64,000 nt of DNA, taken from contig JAOUFY010000004.1 of NCBI GenBank assembly GCA_029857955.1, forward strand, positions 7,954 through 71,953, written 5' to 3'. The DNA comes from Spirochaetia bacterium. GTDB lineage: Bacteria; Spirochaetota; Leptospiria; Turneriellales; JAOUFE01. Shown piece after piece: positions 43,582 through 54,248 of the stretch (within the stretch, counting starts at the first letter, position 1; each line of letters starts with the position of its first letter). The notes beneath the pieces are model-generated. The model did not search any database, was not told where the DNA came from, and saw nothing but the letters and a program-made list of their open reading frames with translations. The position numbers and the translations under genes are program-made.

Positions 43582-43617
43582 TTGTGTCAATTTATTTATC
43601 ACGGGAGATACCGTCAA
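43582..43617 (-). promoter_or_regulatory. Sigma70-like promoter of pta, (near-)leaderless
   Basis: TTGACG-17-TAAATT, then 7 nt to the ATG; no SD. Confidence 0.55.
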
Positions 43618-43627
43618 GACCATTGAA

Positions 43628-43773
43628 CTGATGATCCGACTAAAGTTCGGGGAGTGTTCTGTTTAAAAACACGAAAAAATTCCAGCAAAGCAAGTTTATA
43701 ACCGCCTTGAAAACTGCCATTTTAAACTGACCAAAAACGGTTTCTGAATGTTGCGGCAATATGTAGGCTTTGC
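43628..43773 (+). repeat. GACTAAAGTT family copy 3
   Basis: CTGATGATCCGACTAAAGTTCGG...GTTTAAAAACACGAAAAAATTCCAGC and CCATTTTAAACTGACCAAAAACGGT both match copy 2. Confidence 0.65.
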
Positions 43774-43963
43774 GTTGTACAAAAAATCTTGTTCAAATGT
43801 CATGAAATAGAATATTTCGTTTACAAAACGTTTAAGAATTACAATTTGACACGATATCAAAGCGTTTTTACAGAAACTTTTTGATATATAAGTAAGTCTT
43901 GCTGTACATTTGTGTACATGATTTACGAGATGCAATGCATCAAGGGTAGCCGGGTATCTGAAA

Positions 43964-44030
43964 TACACCGTCTCGAATTCTACCTTTAGGTTTTCATAAA
44001 AACCTTCAGGTGTACTATAGGAGTAGAATT
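43964..44030 (+). promoter_or_regulatory. Structured rpsB 5' leader overlapping the SD
   Basis: TACACC/GGTGTA, AATTCTAC/GTAGAATT and AGGTTTT/AAAACCT pairings; AGGAG at 44019. Confidence 0.55.
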
Positions 44031-44849
44031 GTGGCAACAATATCAATGAAGAGTTTACTCGAAGCCGGAGTCCATTTCGGGCATCAGACCAGAAGATGGA
44101 ATCCAAAAATGAAGAAATATATTTTTACAGCGCGAAATGGTATACATATCATTAACCTGCAAAAAACAATTGCAATGGCAAAAGTTGCCTACGAAACCAT
44201 GAGAGAAATGACCGCACAGGGCGGAAAAATTTTATTCGTAGGAACCAAAAAGCAGGCTCAAGCGGACATAAAAAAAGCAGCTGAGCAATCAGGCATGTTT
44301 TACATCAACAATCGATGGTTGGGTGGACTATTGACCAACTTTCATACAATTAAAAAATCGATCCAAAGATTAAGAAAACTCGAAGAAGCATTTGAAAACA
44401 ATACTCTTAATGAATTGATTAAAACTAAAAAAGAAGCGCTGTTACTTGAAAGAGAGTTAGAGCGATTGAGAAATTATCTTAACGGGATTAAAGAAATGAA
44501 CGTTTTACCAGACGCTCTTTTTATCATTGATCCGGCTCGTGAATACATTGCCGTTGAAGAAGCTCAGAGACTTGGAATACCTATTTTTGCCCTGGTTGAT
44601 ACCAATTGTGATCCTGAAGTTATTGATTATCCGATTCCTGCAAACGATGACGCGATTCGCGCTGTTTCTTTGTTTCTTGAAATCATGGTCAGTGCGATTC
44701 AAGAAGGCAAGCAAGGCGGAGAATTCTCTCAACTTGAAATTGATGAAGGGGATCCTGCTGCTATGGAAGAAATTGGCGATCCAAATTCGAAGCTTGATGT
44801 TCTTGAAGAAATTGAAACCAAATATGACGCCGTAGATGATACGGAATAG
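44031..44849 (+). CDS. rpsB: 30S ribosomal protein S2
   Basis: [43 protein letters not shown]; GTG start 7 nt after AGGAG. Confidence 0.98.
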   Translation: MATISMKSLLEAGVHFGHQTRRWNPKMKKYIFTARNGIHIINLQKTIAMAKVAYETMREMTAQGGKILFVGTKKQAQADIKKAAEQSGMFYINNRWLGGLLTNFHTIKKSIQRLRKLEEAFENNTLNELIKTKKEALLLERELERLRNYLNGIKEMNVLPDALFIIDPAREYIAVEEAQRLGIPIFALVDTNCDPEVIDYPIPANDDAIRAVSLFLEIMVSAIQEGKQGGEFSQLEIDEGDPAAMEEIGDPNSKLDVLEEIETKYDAVDDTE

Positions 44850-44861
44850 GAAATAATACCG

Positions 44862-45449
44862 ATGGCTATAGAACCAGAAAAAATAAAAACTCTCAGAGAA
44901 ATGACTTCAGCTGGAATGCTGGATTGTAAAAAAGCCCTCGAAGAGTGCGGCGGAGACATCGAAAAAGCCGCTGAAGAATTGAGAAAAAAAGGAATCATCA
45001 AAGCTGTTAAAAAAATGGATCGTGTTGCCGGTGAAGGACGATTTTTTTCATATGTCCATCACAATGGAAAAATCGGAGTACTTGTTGAACTAAACTGTGA
45101 AACTGACTTTGTTGCCAAAAATGAGTTGTTTAATGACCTTGGTAAAAATATTGCCATGCACATTGCCGCATCTGCGCCTCAATTTATTAAAACAGACGAA
45201 GTTCCGCAGGATTTAATCGATAAAGAACGTGAAATTCAGCTACAAACTTTAAAAGATGAAGGTAAACCGGATAACGTCATTGATAAAATAATGGATGGAA
45301 AACTAAAAAAATTCGTGTCTGAATTGTCATTGCTTACACAAGCTTATGTTAAAGAACCAAGCCACACTGTGGAGGATATCATTAAAGAATGTATTTCCAA
45401 GCTTGGGGAAAATATTTCTATAGGTCGTTTTATCCGTTATACAATATAA
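44862..45449 (+). CDS. tsf: Elongation factor Ts (short form)
   Basis: [26 protein letters not shown]. Confidence 0.97.
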   Translation: MAIEPEKIKTLREMTSAGMLDCKKALEECGGDIEKAAEELRKKGIIKAVKKMDRVAGEGRFFSYVHHNGKIGVLVELNCETDFVAKNELFNDLGKNIAMHIAASAPQFIKTDEVPQDLIDKEREIQLQTLKDEGKPDNVIDKIMDGKLKKFVSELSLLTQAYVKEPSHTVEDIIKECISKLGENISIGRFIRYTI

Positions 45450-45453
45450 TTTA

Positions 45454-46209
45454 ATGCCCATGAAAACCGCAGGAAAGTCTTACAAACGGATTCTTTTAAA
45501 ACTTTCCGGTGAAGTTCTTGCCGGCGAAGAACATCACGGAATAAACCCTGCGGTTGTTCGAAATTTAGCACATCAAATCATTGAAGTTCATCAACTTGGA
45601 ATTGAGGTTGCCATTGTAATTGGCGGCGGAAATATTTTTCGGGGCGTAAAAGCTGCCAGCGAAGGTATGGATCGCGCCACTGCAGATTACATGGGAATGA
45701 TGGCTACCATCATCAATGGTCTTGCGCTTCAAGACTTTTTAGAAAAAGAAGGTGTTGTAACCAGGCTTCAGTCTGCAATTGAGATCAAGTCTGTAGCAGA
45801 GCCTTTTATTCGCAGAAGATTGATACGGCACCTTGAAAAAAGAAGACTCGTTATTCTTGCCGGTGGAACCGGAAGCCCTTATTTTACAACAGATACAACT
45901 GCGGCATTAAGAGCCGTTGAAATTAAAGCTGACGTGGTGTTTAAAGGAACGCGAGTTAATGGCGTTTTTGATGATGATCCGCATAAAAATCCGCTTGCAA
46001 AACGCTATACCCGATTATCTTTTATGGACGCTCTTCAAAAACAACTAAAAATAATGGATTCTACTGCTTTTTCACTTTGTATGGACAATAAAATGCCAAT
46101 ACTTGTATTTAATATTGAAGAAGAAGGAAATCTTGTTCGTGCTGCAAAAGGGGAATCAGTGGGAACCTTGATTGATTCTCAAGAAGGAGCTTATTTTTAT
46201 GATGAGTAA
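45454..46209 (+). CDS. pyrH: UMP kinase
   Basis: [30 protein letters not shown]. Confidence 0.97.
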   Translation: MPMKTAGKSYKRILLKLSGEVLAGEEHHGINPAVVRNLAHQIIEVHQLGIEVAIVIGGGNIFRGVKAASEGMDRATADYMGMMATIINGLALQDFLEKEGVVTRLQSAIEIKSVAEPFIRRRLIRHLEKRRLVILAGGTGSPYFTTDTTAALRAVEIKADVVFKGTRVNGVFDDDPHKNPLAKRYTRLSFMDALQKQLKIMDSTAFSLCMDNKMPILVFNIEEEGNLVRAAKGESVGTLIDSQEGAYFYDE

Positions 46210-46768
46210 TGAAAGCGTTGAGTTGATTATAGATGACACAGAAGAAAGAATGGGTAAAAGTTTTAGAGAGCTGAAAAATGCATATTCGCAAATTCGATCA
46301 GGACGAGCTACTCCCGGTGTTGTGGAAGATATTAGAGTGGAAGCATATGGCGAACTTTTACCTCTAAATCAAGTAGCGTCTATTAATATACCTGAAGCCA
46401 GACTCATTACGATTGATGTCTGGGATAAGTCCATTGTACAGGCCGTTGAGAAATCTATTTTAAAGTCCGGACGTAATTTAAATCCGCAAAATGACGGCGG
46501 ATTGTTGAGAATTGCCCTGCCTGATTTAAACGAAGAAAGACGTAAAGAGCTTGTGAAATTATCAAAACAAAAAGCTGAAGACAGTAAAATTGCTATACGA
46601 AATATTAGAAGAGACGGCAATGATGCGATTAAAAAACTTAAAGACGAAGGTCTTTCAGATGATGAAATACATGCTTTTCAGGCTGATATACAAAAAATAA
46701 CCGATAAAAACATTGGTTTAATTGATGAACTTTTTCATGCAAAAGAAAAAGAAATCATGACTGTATAA
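46199..46768 (+). CDS. frr: Ribosome recycling factor
   Basis: [34 protein letters not shown]; AAGGAG SD. Confidence 0.97.
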   Translation: MMSNESVELIIDDTEERMGKSFRELKNAYSQIRSGRATPGVVEDIRVEAYGELLPLNQVASINIPEARLITIDVWDKSIVQAVEKSILKSGRNLNPQNDGGLLRIALPDLNEERRKELVKLSKQKAEDSKIAIRNIRRDGNDAIKKLKDEGLSDDEIHAFQADIQKITDKNIGLIDELFHAKEKEIMTV

Positions 46769-46773
46769 TCAAA

Positions 46774-47547
46774 GTGGGTGCAGGTAACGATACTATTCTT
46801 TTAAAAGTTAAAAAGGGCGAACTACCTTCTCATTTAGCCATAATCATGGATGGAAATGGCAGATGGGCAGCCCGCCGGAAATTACTTCGAGTTGAGGGAC
46901 ACAAGGCAGGCGCTACAGCCGTTGATAAAATAATTCAAGCTTCCATACAAATTGGAATTCCAGTATTATCTTTATACGCATTTTCTACAGAGAACTGGAA
47001 GCGTCCTGAAACCGAAGTTAATGCACTGTTTGAGCTTTTAAATTTTTATTTAAAACGAAAAGCTAAATCGCTTATTAAAAATGGAATATCATTAAGGGTT
47101 TCAGGGGATATTTCAAAACTACCCTTAAAGTCCAGAAAATTACTTAACGAGACAATCACTAATACATCTTCATTAAATAAGCTCATTTTAAATTTATGTA
47201 TCAATTACGGAAGTCGAGATGAGTTGCTGATTGCCGTTGAAAAATTAATAAAAAAAAGAATTGTCTTAGGGGATATAAAAAAGATTTCTTCCTTACCTGA
47301 GTGGAATGAGATAGAAGAAAATCTCTACACAAATGGTTTGCCAGATATTGATTTGTTAATAAGAACAGCAGGCGAAAAACGGTTGTCAAATTTTATGTTG
47401 TTACAATCTGCATATGCTGAATTATACTTTACCGATATTGAATGGCCTGATTTTGGCGAGAGTGAATTATTAAAGGCTCTCATTGAATACCAAAGAAGAA
47501 CTCGAAAATTCGGCGGACTTGTAGAAGAATCTAAAACAGGTAAATAA
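46774..47547 (+). CDS. uppS: Undecaprenyl diphosphate synthase
   Basis: HLAIIMDGNGRWA, YAFSTENWKRP, DLLIRTAGEKRLSNF. Confidence 0.96.
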   Translation: MGAGNDTILLKVKKGELPSHLAIIMDGNGRWAARRKLLRVEGHKAGATAVDKIIQASIQIGIPVLSLYAFSTENWKRPETEVNALFELLNFYLKRKAKSLIKNGISLRVSGDISKLPLKSRKLLNETITNTSSLNKLILNLCINYGSRDELLIAVEKLIKKRIVLGDIKKISSLPEWNEIEENLYTNGLPDIDLLIRTAGEKRLSNFMLLQSAYAELYFTDIEWPDFGESELLKALIEYQRRTRKFGGLVEESKTGK

Positions 47548-47567
47548 GAAGCTATTGGAAAACTTAT

Positions 47568-48467
47568 ATGAATGAAACAGTAAAGCGCATTATAAGTGGA
47601 ATCTTGATAGCTATAATCTATGGAACGTTTTTTCAAATTGAGTTATGGAATTTTTTGCCATTGTATCTGTTCATTTGTGCTGTAACGATAATTGTGTTGA
47701 GTGAGTTTTATTCAATGTTCCTCGATGAAAAGCTGGATGTTTACAATAAAACAATCGGAATAATTTTTGCTTTATTTTTCATAACCATTAATTACCTGCA
47801 ATCTCTTAAAAATTATCGACTTCATCATGATCTAGGTTCAAGCAGATTAAATGAATTTCTTGATTTTATTCCAGAAAGTTCAATTTCTATTTATGCTACA
47901 TTTATTTTAATGTTCATCACTCTTGGAATTTACAATATACTTACATCCAGACTTAAAGCGGGTATTTACACCATTGGTATTGTTTTTTTTGGCGTTATTT
48001 ATATTCCCTTAACCATATCTTTTATTTTACTGTTGCGCGGACAGCCAAATGGAGTGTTTTATATATGGCTGGTTTCTTTCATCACGGTTATGACTGATAC
48101 CTGCGGTTATTTCTTTGGTAAAAATTTTGGTCGTCACAAACTACCGCTTCCGGTAAGTCCAAATAAAACTTGGGAAGGCTATTGCGGCGCCTTTATTATG
48201 CAATTGCTGTTAACCATTGGATTTAATGAAGCGGTAAAAAATATTTTTGAAATTCCAGGTTTTGATCTTACTCAAATAACACTTATTTCAATATTAATTT
48301 ATTTAACTTCAGTTTTTGGCGACCTGTTTGAGTCTTTAGTTAAACGTAACGCAAATGCGAAGGATTCAGGTAATTTTTTACCGGGTCATGGCGGCTTACT
48401 CGATCGGGTTGATTCCATTATGTTTTCATTACCTGTATTTTATTTTTATATCTTAATCGTCGGTTAA
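47568..48467 (+). CDS. cdsA: Phosphatidate cytidylyltransferase
   Basis: DTCGYFFG, SPNKTWEG, GDLFESLVKR...KDSG..LPGHGGLLDRVDS. Confidence 0.95.
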   Translation: MNETVKRIISGILIAIIYGTFFQIELWNFLPLYLFICAVTIIVLSEFYSMFLDEKLDVYNKTIGIIFALFFITINYLQSLKNYRLHHDLGSSRLNEFLDFIPESSISIYATFILMFITLGIYNILTSRLKAGIYTIGIVFFGVIYIPLTISFILLLRGQPNGVFYIWLVSFITVMTDTCGYFFGKNFGRHKLPLPVSPNKTWEGYCGAFIMQLLLTIGFNEAVKNIFEIPGFDLTQITLISILIYLTSVFGDLFESLVKRNANAKDSGNFLPGHGGLLDRVDSIMFSLPVFYFYILIVG

Positions 48468-48482
48468 CCGGATCTGCATCAC

Positions 48483-49607
48483 ATGGATGTTCAAAAAATA
48501 ATTATTTTAGGCGCTACGGGATCTATCGGCGATTCTGTATTAAAAATAGTGAGAAAATATCGGGATTTATTTCAACTGGTGGGGATCAGTTATCATTCAA
48601 ATCATCAAAAAGCAAGTGAAATTACATTTGAGTTTCAAATACCAAATGTATATTGCAGTAATTCACGTGAGCCTATAAACGGTTATGATTTTATAAATCA
48701 ATCCAGTTATGAAAAACTACTCGATATAGATTATGATATGGTCATTGTCGCCGTTGTCGGCTCGGCTGGAGTCCTGCCTACATACCATGCCGTTTGTCAG
48801 GGGAAAAAAATTTTATTGGCAAACAAAGAAAGTCTGGTAATGGCCGGTTCTATTATAATGCAGGCTGCCATTAAAAATCATGCCAAGATTCTTCCTGTAG
48901 ACTCGGAGCATAACAGTCTTTTCCGATTACTTGCAGCCGTACCGGATTATCAAAAGTTAACTATTACCGCATCTGGAGGAGCTTTGAGGTCTTTTCCTCT
49001 CGATAAATTTTCAAATGTTACGGTCGAGGATGTCTTAAAACACCCTACCTGGAGTATGGGCGCAAAAATTACAGTTGATTCTGCTACCATGGTGAATAAA
49101 TCTCTTGAAATTATTGAAGCTCATCATTTATTTAATAAAGAGTACTCAGAATTAAGCGCCGTCATTCATCCAGAAAGCTTCGTTCATGCTATTTTAAAAC
49201 ATACCGATGGAAGTTCTTTTTTCCATGTATACAAACCAGATATGATTTATTCGATTGCATTTTGTATGTTTTATCCTGAACTGCCTCCAAGTATCGTTGA
49301 ATCTACCCGGGATGAATTAATGACTACGTTAAATTTTTATAACATCGCACCGGAAAGATATCCTGGATATTATCTTGGAATCAAGGCAGGTGAGCAGGAG
49401 GGGATTTTTCCTTCTGTATTTAACGCAGCAAATGAACAGGCGGTTTCATCATTTTTATCAAATCAAATCAGCTATACAGATATTATTCCGCTCGTTTCAA
49501 ATGCACTGGATCAATGTTCACAGTTAGAATTTGACGAGTCCCTGGCTGGATTGTTAATGTCGGATAACTGGGCAAGAGACTATGTTAAAGGTTTTGTAAT
49601 AAAATAA
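48483..49607 (+). CDS. dxr: 1-deoxy-D-xylulose-5-phosphate reductoisomerase
   Basis: LGATGSIG, LANKESLV, PVDSEH, TASGG, HPTWSMGAKITVDSA, NAANE. Confidence 0.96.
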   Translation: MDVQKIIILGATGSIGDSVLKIVRKYRDLFQLVGISYHSNHQKASEITFEFQIPNVYCSNSREPINGYDFINQSSYEKLLDIDYDMVIVAVVGSAGVLPTYHAVCQGKKILLANKESLVMAGSIIMQAAIKNHAKILPVDSEHNSLFRLLAAVPDYQKLTITASGGALRSFPLDKFSNVTVEDVLKHPTWSMGAKITVDSATMVNKSLEIIEAHHLFNKEYSELSAVIHPESFVHAILKHTDGSSFFHVYKPDMIYSIAFCMFYPELPPSIVESTRDELMTTLNFYNIAPERYPGYYLGIKAGEQEGIFPSVFNAANEQAVSSFLSNQISYTDIIPLVSNALDQCSQLEFDESLAGLLMSDNWARDYVKGFVIK

Positions 49608-49611
49608 ATAT

Positions 49612-50751
49612 ATGACTTATGTAAGAATAGAAGATCAATTAAAAACATCTCTTGCCAAATGTACACACATTGTAATAAAACTTGGCACCGGCGTATTAAA
49701 TCCGCATATAGAAAAAACGGATTTTTCATTTTTTAAAAAACTTGCTGATGAAGTAAAGTATCTACAATCCAGCGGTAAAAAAGTTTTAATCGTCAGTTCC
49801 GGAGCAGTTGGTTTCGGTAAAAAAATAAGAAGCAAACGTATTTCTGCTTTAAAGTCGACAGCTTCTGAAATCATCATGGGAAATTCTCTTGTGGATAAAC
49901 AGGCATATGCCGCAATTGGTCAGAGTTTTTTAATCAATACCTACACTGAGTATTTAGATAAGGTCGGCCTTGATGCCGCGCAGATTTTACTGAGTATGTC
50001 GGATTTTAAAAATCGTCATCATTTTCAAAATTTAAAACAAACTCTGGATCAATTGCTGGATTGGGGGAGCGTTCCTGTAATCAATGAAAATGATACAGTT
50101 TCTATTGATGAAAAATTTGGGGACAATGACACGATATCAGCATTAATTGCTGGAATGTACCAGCAAAGCTGCCTGATTATTTTAACAACGATTGACGGTT
50201 TTTATATGGACAATAAAAAAGTCGATATCGTTCAAGATGTTGAAAGCGATCATTTAAAAGCAGCCGGCGGCGCGTCCATCGGAGGAATTGGCGGAATGCG
50301 GACCAAACTTTACGCCGCTCGAAAAATTATACAATCAGGTCAGATCATGAATATTGCTTCAGGTAAAGATCCTGGAATCATTCGGAAAATTGTTCTTGGC
50401 GAAAATGTCGGAACATGGTTTATACCGTTAACGCTTGAACCTGTCGGAGCCAAAAAAAGATGGCTTCTTCATTACCGGCATGCCAGAGGGCAATTGTTTG
50501 TTGATGACGGGGCAAGGCAGGCCATTGTCGTTAAAGGCGCATCGCTTTTAATTGTTGGTCTAAAAAGTTTTAACGGAGAATTTGAAAAAGGCGACGTAGT
50601 ATCGATTTGTGACGTGCAGGGTGAAGTTCTTGGGCTTGGCATAGTTTCTGTCTCAAGTGAATCTTTAAATAATCTCCTTGGCGGCAATGTAGAAAAGAAA
50701 GGTATTGAAATCATTCATCGCGATAATCTTGCCTTGATGACAAAAAAGTGA
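49612..50751 (+). CDS. proB: Glutamate 5-kinase with PUA domain
   Basis: VIKLGT, VSSGAV, AAIGQ, PVINEND, FGDNDTISA, GGMRTK, IIHRDNL. Confidence 0.95.
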   Translation: MTYVRIEDQLKTSLAKCTHIVIKLGTGVLNPHIEKTDFSFFKKLADEVKYLQSSGKKVLIVSSGAVGFGKKIRSKRISALKSTASEIIMGNSLVDKQAYAAIGQSFLINTYTEYLDKVGLDAAQILLSMSDFKNRHHFQNLKQTLDQLLDWGSVPVINENDTVSIDEKFGDNDTISALIAGMYQQSCLIILTTIDGFYMDNKKVDIVQDVESDHLKAAGGASIGGIGGMRTKLYAARKIIQSGQIMNIASGKDPGIIRKIVLGENVGTWFIPLTLEPVGAKKRWLLHYRHARGQLFVDDGARQAIVVKGASLLIVGLKSFNGEFEKGDVVSICDVQGEVLGLGIVSVSSESLNNLLGGNVEKKGIEIIHRDNLALMTKK

Positions 50752-50852
50752 CCTCTATGGCGAATCGAACTTGCTGCGTGTGCCAATCTATAGCCATATA
50801 AAAACTTTCTGTGTTTATGTGTGTAAAAAATAAAAAATTATAAGGAATATGT

Positions 50853-51392
50853 ATGCCACTAATTAAAAAATTTATCATTTCAATAGCGATTTTGACCGGT
50901 ATCTTGTATACCATTGGTTACTTTTTGCCTTCCAAATGGAGTGTAAAAAGATCTATTGAAATTAACCAAAGCTCTGAAAAGATTTTTCCTTATATCAACG
51001 ATTTGCATAAATGGAGTCAGTGGTATCCGTGGACAAGAGAAATGGATGTTTCCATGGTCATCACATATGACGGCGCTGAAACGGGTGCAGGGGCCATTCG
51101 TAAATGGAGCGGAAGTTCTATTAAAAGCGGTGAAATAAAAATTACGAAAAGTATTCCAAATGAAGGAGTCTGGTATTCATTTAAATCGGATCAAACGAAA
51201 ATTGTTGTCTATGGTTCCATCACTATTGCAAAAAAGGGAAATACAAATATTGTGACCTGGGAAGATACCGGCGACAACGGTTACAGTCTGCTGGCTCGTT
51301 TTTTTTCAGGAGGTCTGGACAAGGTCATTGGTCAGAAATTTGAAACTGGATTGGAAAATTTAAAGAGAACTGCTGAAGAGTCGAAACGTTGA
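50853..51392 (+). CDS. SRPBCC/polyketide cyclase family protein
   Basis: LPSKWSVKRSIEI, W..W.PW, GAGA, IGQKFETGLENLK. Confidence 0.85.
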   Translation: MPLIKKFIISIAILTGILYTIGYFLPSKWSVKRSIEINQSSEKIFPYINDLHKWSQWYPWTREMDVSMVITYDGAETGAGAIRKWSGSSIKSGEIKITKSIPNEGVWYSFKSDQTKIVVYGSITIAKKGNTNIVTWEDTGDNGYSLLARFFSGGLDKVIGQKFETGLENLKRTAEESKR

Positions 51393-51400
51393 TATAAAAT

Positions 51401-52534
51401 TTATAAGTTTTTTATGAAGAATTGAGCTGCTGTAATTGCTGGATTTTTGGAAGACACCTCTGCTTTAACTTTATCAAATGCATGGATCATGTTTTTAATA
51501 TACATGTGATCATAATTAATTTTTTCAAGTTCATTTAACACTGGTTTTGACTTCATATCAGATTGTATAAATTCTTTTGTAATAAAGCCATTGTTTAAAA
51601 TGTTTACAAGACCAATGTACGGAAGTTTAATCAGGCGTTTACCTAAAAAATAAGTAAGCCATGAGGTTTTGTATATTAATAAAAAGGGAAGATTAAATAA
51701 GGCACATTCGAGTGTTGCTGTTCCTGAACAAACAATTCCAGAATCCGAAGTCGCCAGAGTAATGTATGGCGCATCACTTCTGACGCTGACAAATTCAGGT
51801 AAACCGTATTCCTTTATCAGTTTAGACGTGTGATCTGATGCGGAAGGTATTTCAAATATCGTTTCCGGGTGTTTTTTATTAAATTGTATCGCAGCATCTA
51901 TTAAAAATGGAAGATGTCTTTTTATTTCAGATGTTCGTGAACCTGGTAACAACGCAATTTTTTTTATATTTTTAAGATTTTTTTTGATTTTTGTTATTTC
52001 AATTTTATGTTTGTGTTTAAAATCATTTACCTTTTGAACGATGGGATGGCCAATAAAAGTTGCAGGTATTCCTTTTTCTTTATAAATGTTCAACTCAAAT
52101 TTATAAAGACATAGAACTGCTTTGATAAATTTTTTAATTTTATAAATTCGACTGAAATGCCATGCCCAGACTTGCGGCGATACAACCTGATACACAGGTA
52201 TATTGAAAGCGCTTAGTTTTTCAGCAAGTTTCAGGTTAAATCCGGGATAGTCGATCAATATGGCTGCAGTAATTTTTTTTTTTTGCGCTTCGATAACGAG
52301 TTTGTCAAGGTAATTGCTCAATCGTCGGTAATTTATAATTGCTTCCCAAAAACCAATGACTGAAAGTTCTTGAATGTCTTTTGTAATTTCTATACCTGCC
52401 TGATTCATTGTTGATCCGCCAAATCCCCAGAAAGCATATTTTTCCGCGCTTAGTTTTTTAAATTGCCCAATAATCGCAGCGCCGAGAATATCCCCCGAAG
52501 TTTCACCGGCAACGATTAAAATCGACCTGGACAT
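51401..52534 (-). CDS. lpxB: Lipid-A-disaccharide synthase
   Basis: VAGETSGD, IDYPGFN, SPQVWAW, GHP, LLPGSR, SGTATLE. Confidence 0.95.
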   Translation of the reverse strand: MSRSILIVAGETSGDILGAAIIGQFKKLSAEKYAFWGFGGSTMNQAGIEITKDIQELSVIGFWEAIINYRRLSNYLDKLVIEAQKKKITAAILIDYPGFNLKLAEKLSAFNIPVYQVVSPQVWAWHFSRIYKIKKFIKAVLCLYKFELNIYKEKGIPATFIGHPIVQKVNDFKHKHKIEITKIKKNLKNIKKIALLPGSRTSEIKRHLPFLIDAAIQFNKKHPETIFEIPSASDHTSKLIKEYGLPEFVSVRSDAPYITLATSDSGIVCSGTATLECALFNLPFLLIYKTSWLTYFLGKRLIKLPYIGLVNILNNGFITKEFIQSDMKSKPVLNELEKINYDHMYIKNMIHAFDKVKAEVSSKNPAITAAQFFIKNL

Positions 52535-53998
52535 TCAGGAATTTTCCTCAATTCCATATTCATCAAATAGCATTTTTTGATTTTGATATTCACTTTTTTG
52601 GTTATCTTCAACATTTATCGGATAATTACCCGTAAAACAAGCGGAACAGTGATCTCCTTCATCGCCTGCTGCTGCTAACATTCCCTCATGACTAATATAA
52701 GCTAGACTGTCGACTTGTAAATATTTATGAATTTCTTCAATAGTATGTGTAGCTGCAATCAATTCTCTTTTTGTAGGGATGTCAATACCAAAGTAACATG
52801 GAAACATGGTCGGAGGGCTTGATATCCGAATATGAATTTCTTTTGCGCCTGCTTTTCTAAGCATTTTAATGATTTTTCTCTGAGTCGTTCCTCTCATTAT
52901 GCTGTCATCAACAACAATGATTCTTTTACCTTTAACCACAGATGTAATGGAATTGTATTTTAACTTTGCTCCAAAATCTCTGATTTTTTGGCTGGGCTCT
53001 ATGAATGTTCGACCGATATAATGCGAGCGAATTAAACCCATGTGATACGGTATGCCAGATTCTGCTGAATATCCAAGCGCTGCGATAGTAGATGAATCTG
53101 GAACAGATATCACCATATCAGCTTCAACTGCAAATTCACGGGAGAGTACTTGACCAAGTTTATATCTAATATCATATACGCTTTTTTTAAATATCAACGA
53201 GTCTGGTCGGGCAAAATAAATGTATTCAAATATACACATGTTGTTTTTGCTTTTAGGAAAAGGAAACAGGGATTCAACACCGGATTTAGTTACTTTTATA
53301 AATTCTCCAGGCTCTACATCTCGAACATATTCTGCATCCATGATGTCCAGAGCACAAGTCTCTGACGCAAATACTATGCCGTCATCCTTTTTACCTATGA
53401 CAAGAGGCCTGAATCCGTTAGGATCTCTTGCAGCATATAATGTATCTTTAGTCAGCATCACAAGTGAGTAAGCTCCTTTTACCATAGAAAGGGCATTCAT
53501 TAGCGCCTGGCTTAAATCTTTTTCTTTGGATTTTGCCATAAGATGAAATATAATTTCCGTATCTATGGTAGACTGGAAAATGGAACCTTCATTTTCAAGT
53601 TGTTGCCGTATACTCCAGGCATTGGAAAGATTTCCATTATGAGCCAGTGCGATAGATCCGAAACGAGATTCCATACGAATTGGCTGTGCGTTTCTTAAAA
53701 AACTTGCGCCTGTAGTACTGTATCGATTGTGAGCAATTGCGCTATTACCGATAAGCTGTTTTAATTTTGATTCTTTAAATACTTCGGTTACTTTACCCAT
53801 TCCTGCATAACGATGCAAAGAAAACTCATTAGCTGTAACAATACCGGCGCTTTCTTGTCCGCGATGTTGCAGCGCATAAATTCCAAGATATGCAAAATTT
53901 GCGGCTTCTTCGACATTAAAAATACCCACAATTCCACATTCTTCTTTTGGATAGTATTTTTTATTTCGCTGTAGAAGCTTTTTTATGAGTGCAAACAT
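52535..53998 (-). CDS. purF: Amidophosphoribosyltransferase
   Basis: Propeptide then EECGIVG, LQHRGQESAG, HNRYST, CIFEYIYFARPDS, VDDSIMRGTT. Confidence 0.97.
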   Translation of the reverse strand: MFALIKKLLQRNKKYYPKEECGIVGIFNVEEAANFAYLGIYALQHRGQESAGIVTANEFSLHRYAGMGKVTEVFKESKLKQLIGNSAIAHNRYSTTGASFLRNAQPIRMESRFGSIALAHNGNLSNAWSIRQQLENEGSIFQSTIDTEIIFHLMAKSKEKDLSQALMNALSMVKGAYSLVMLTKDTLYAARDPNGFRPLVIGKKDDGIVFASETCALDIMDAEYVRDVEPGEFIKVTKSGVESLFPFPKSKNNMCIFEYIYFARPDSLIFKKSVYDIRYKLGQVLSREFAVEADMVISVPDSSTIAALGYSAESGIPYHMGLIRSHYIGRTFIEPSQKIRDFGAKLKYNSITSVVKGKRIIVVDDSIMRGTTQRKIIKMLRKAGAKEIHIRISSPPTMFPCYFGIDIPTKRELIAATHTIEEIHKYLQVDSLAYISHEGMLAAAGDEGDHCSACFTGNYPINVEDNQKSEYQNQKMLFDEYGIEENS

Positions 53999-54094
53999 GT
54001 ATTTGTGAAAAAAAAGATTTACTACGATGACTGGTCAAGTAATATAATGTGGATATTTATTTAAAAACAGGCTCTAATGTTGTTAATTGTAAAA

Positions 54095-54245
54095 AAAACA
54101 GGGCTGTCTAAAAAGTTTCACCGCAAAGTCGCGAAGGGCGCAAAGTAAAGAAATAATGGGATTTCTCTTGTCATTTTCTTTAATTCCTTTGCGTTCTTTG
54201 CGTCTTCGCGGTTTAAATTTTGACTTATTAAACAACCCCTGTTTT
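54095..54245. mobile_element. MITE-like element, second copy, with nested CGCAAAG-type palindrome
   Basis: AAAACAGGGCTGTCTAAAAAGT / ACTTATTAAACAACCCCTGTTTT imperfect TIRs; inner CCGCAAAGTCGCGAAGGGCGCAAAG...CTTTGCGTTCTTTGCGTCTTCGCGG. Confidence 0.6.
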
Positions 54246-54248
54246 GTT

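Noticed and set aside
43628-43660. Hammerhead ribozyme (CTGATGA followed by a stem)
   Set aside because: No GAAA after the stem, and the homologous copies read CTGATGT or CTGATTT.
43696-44106. 136-aa - strand ORF
   Set aside because: Antisense to the rpsB start and leader; no motifs.
52273-52284. A12 homopolymer in lpxB as a phase-variation switch
   Set aside because: It is in frame (QKKKI), the genome is AT-rich, and lpxB is normally essential.
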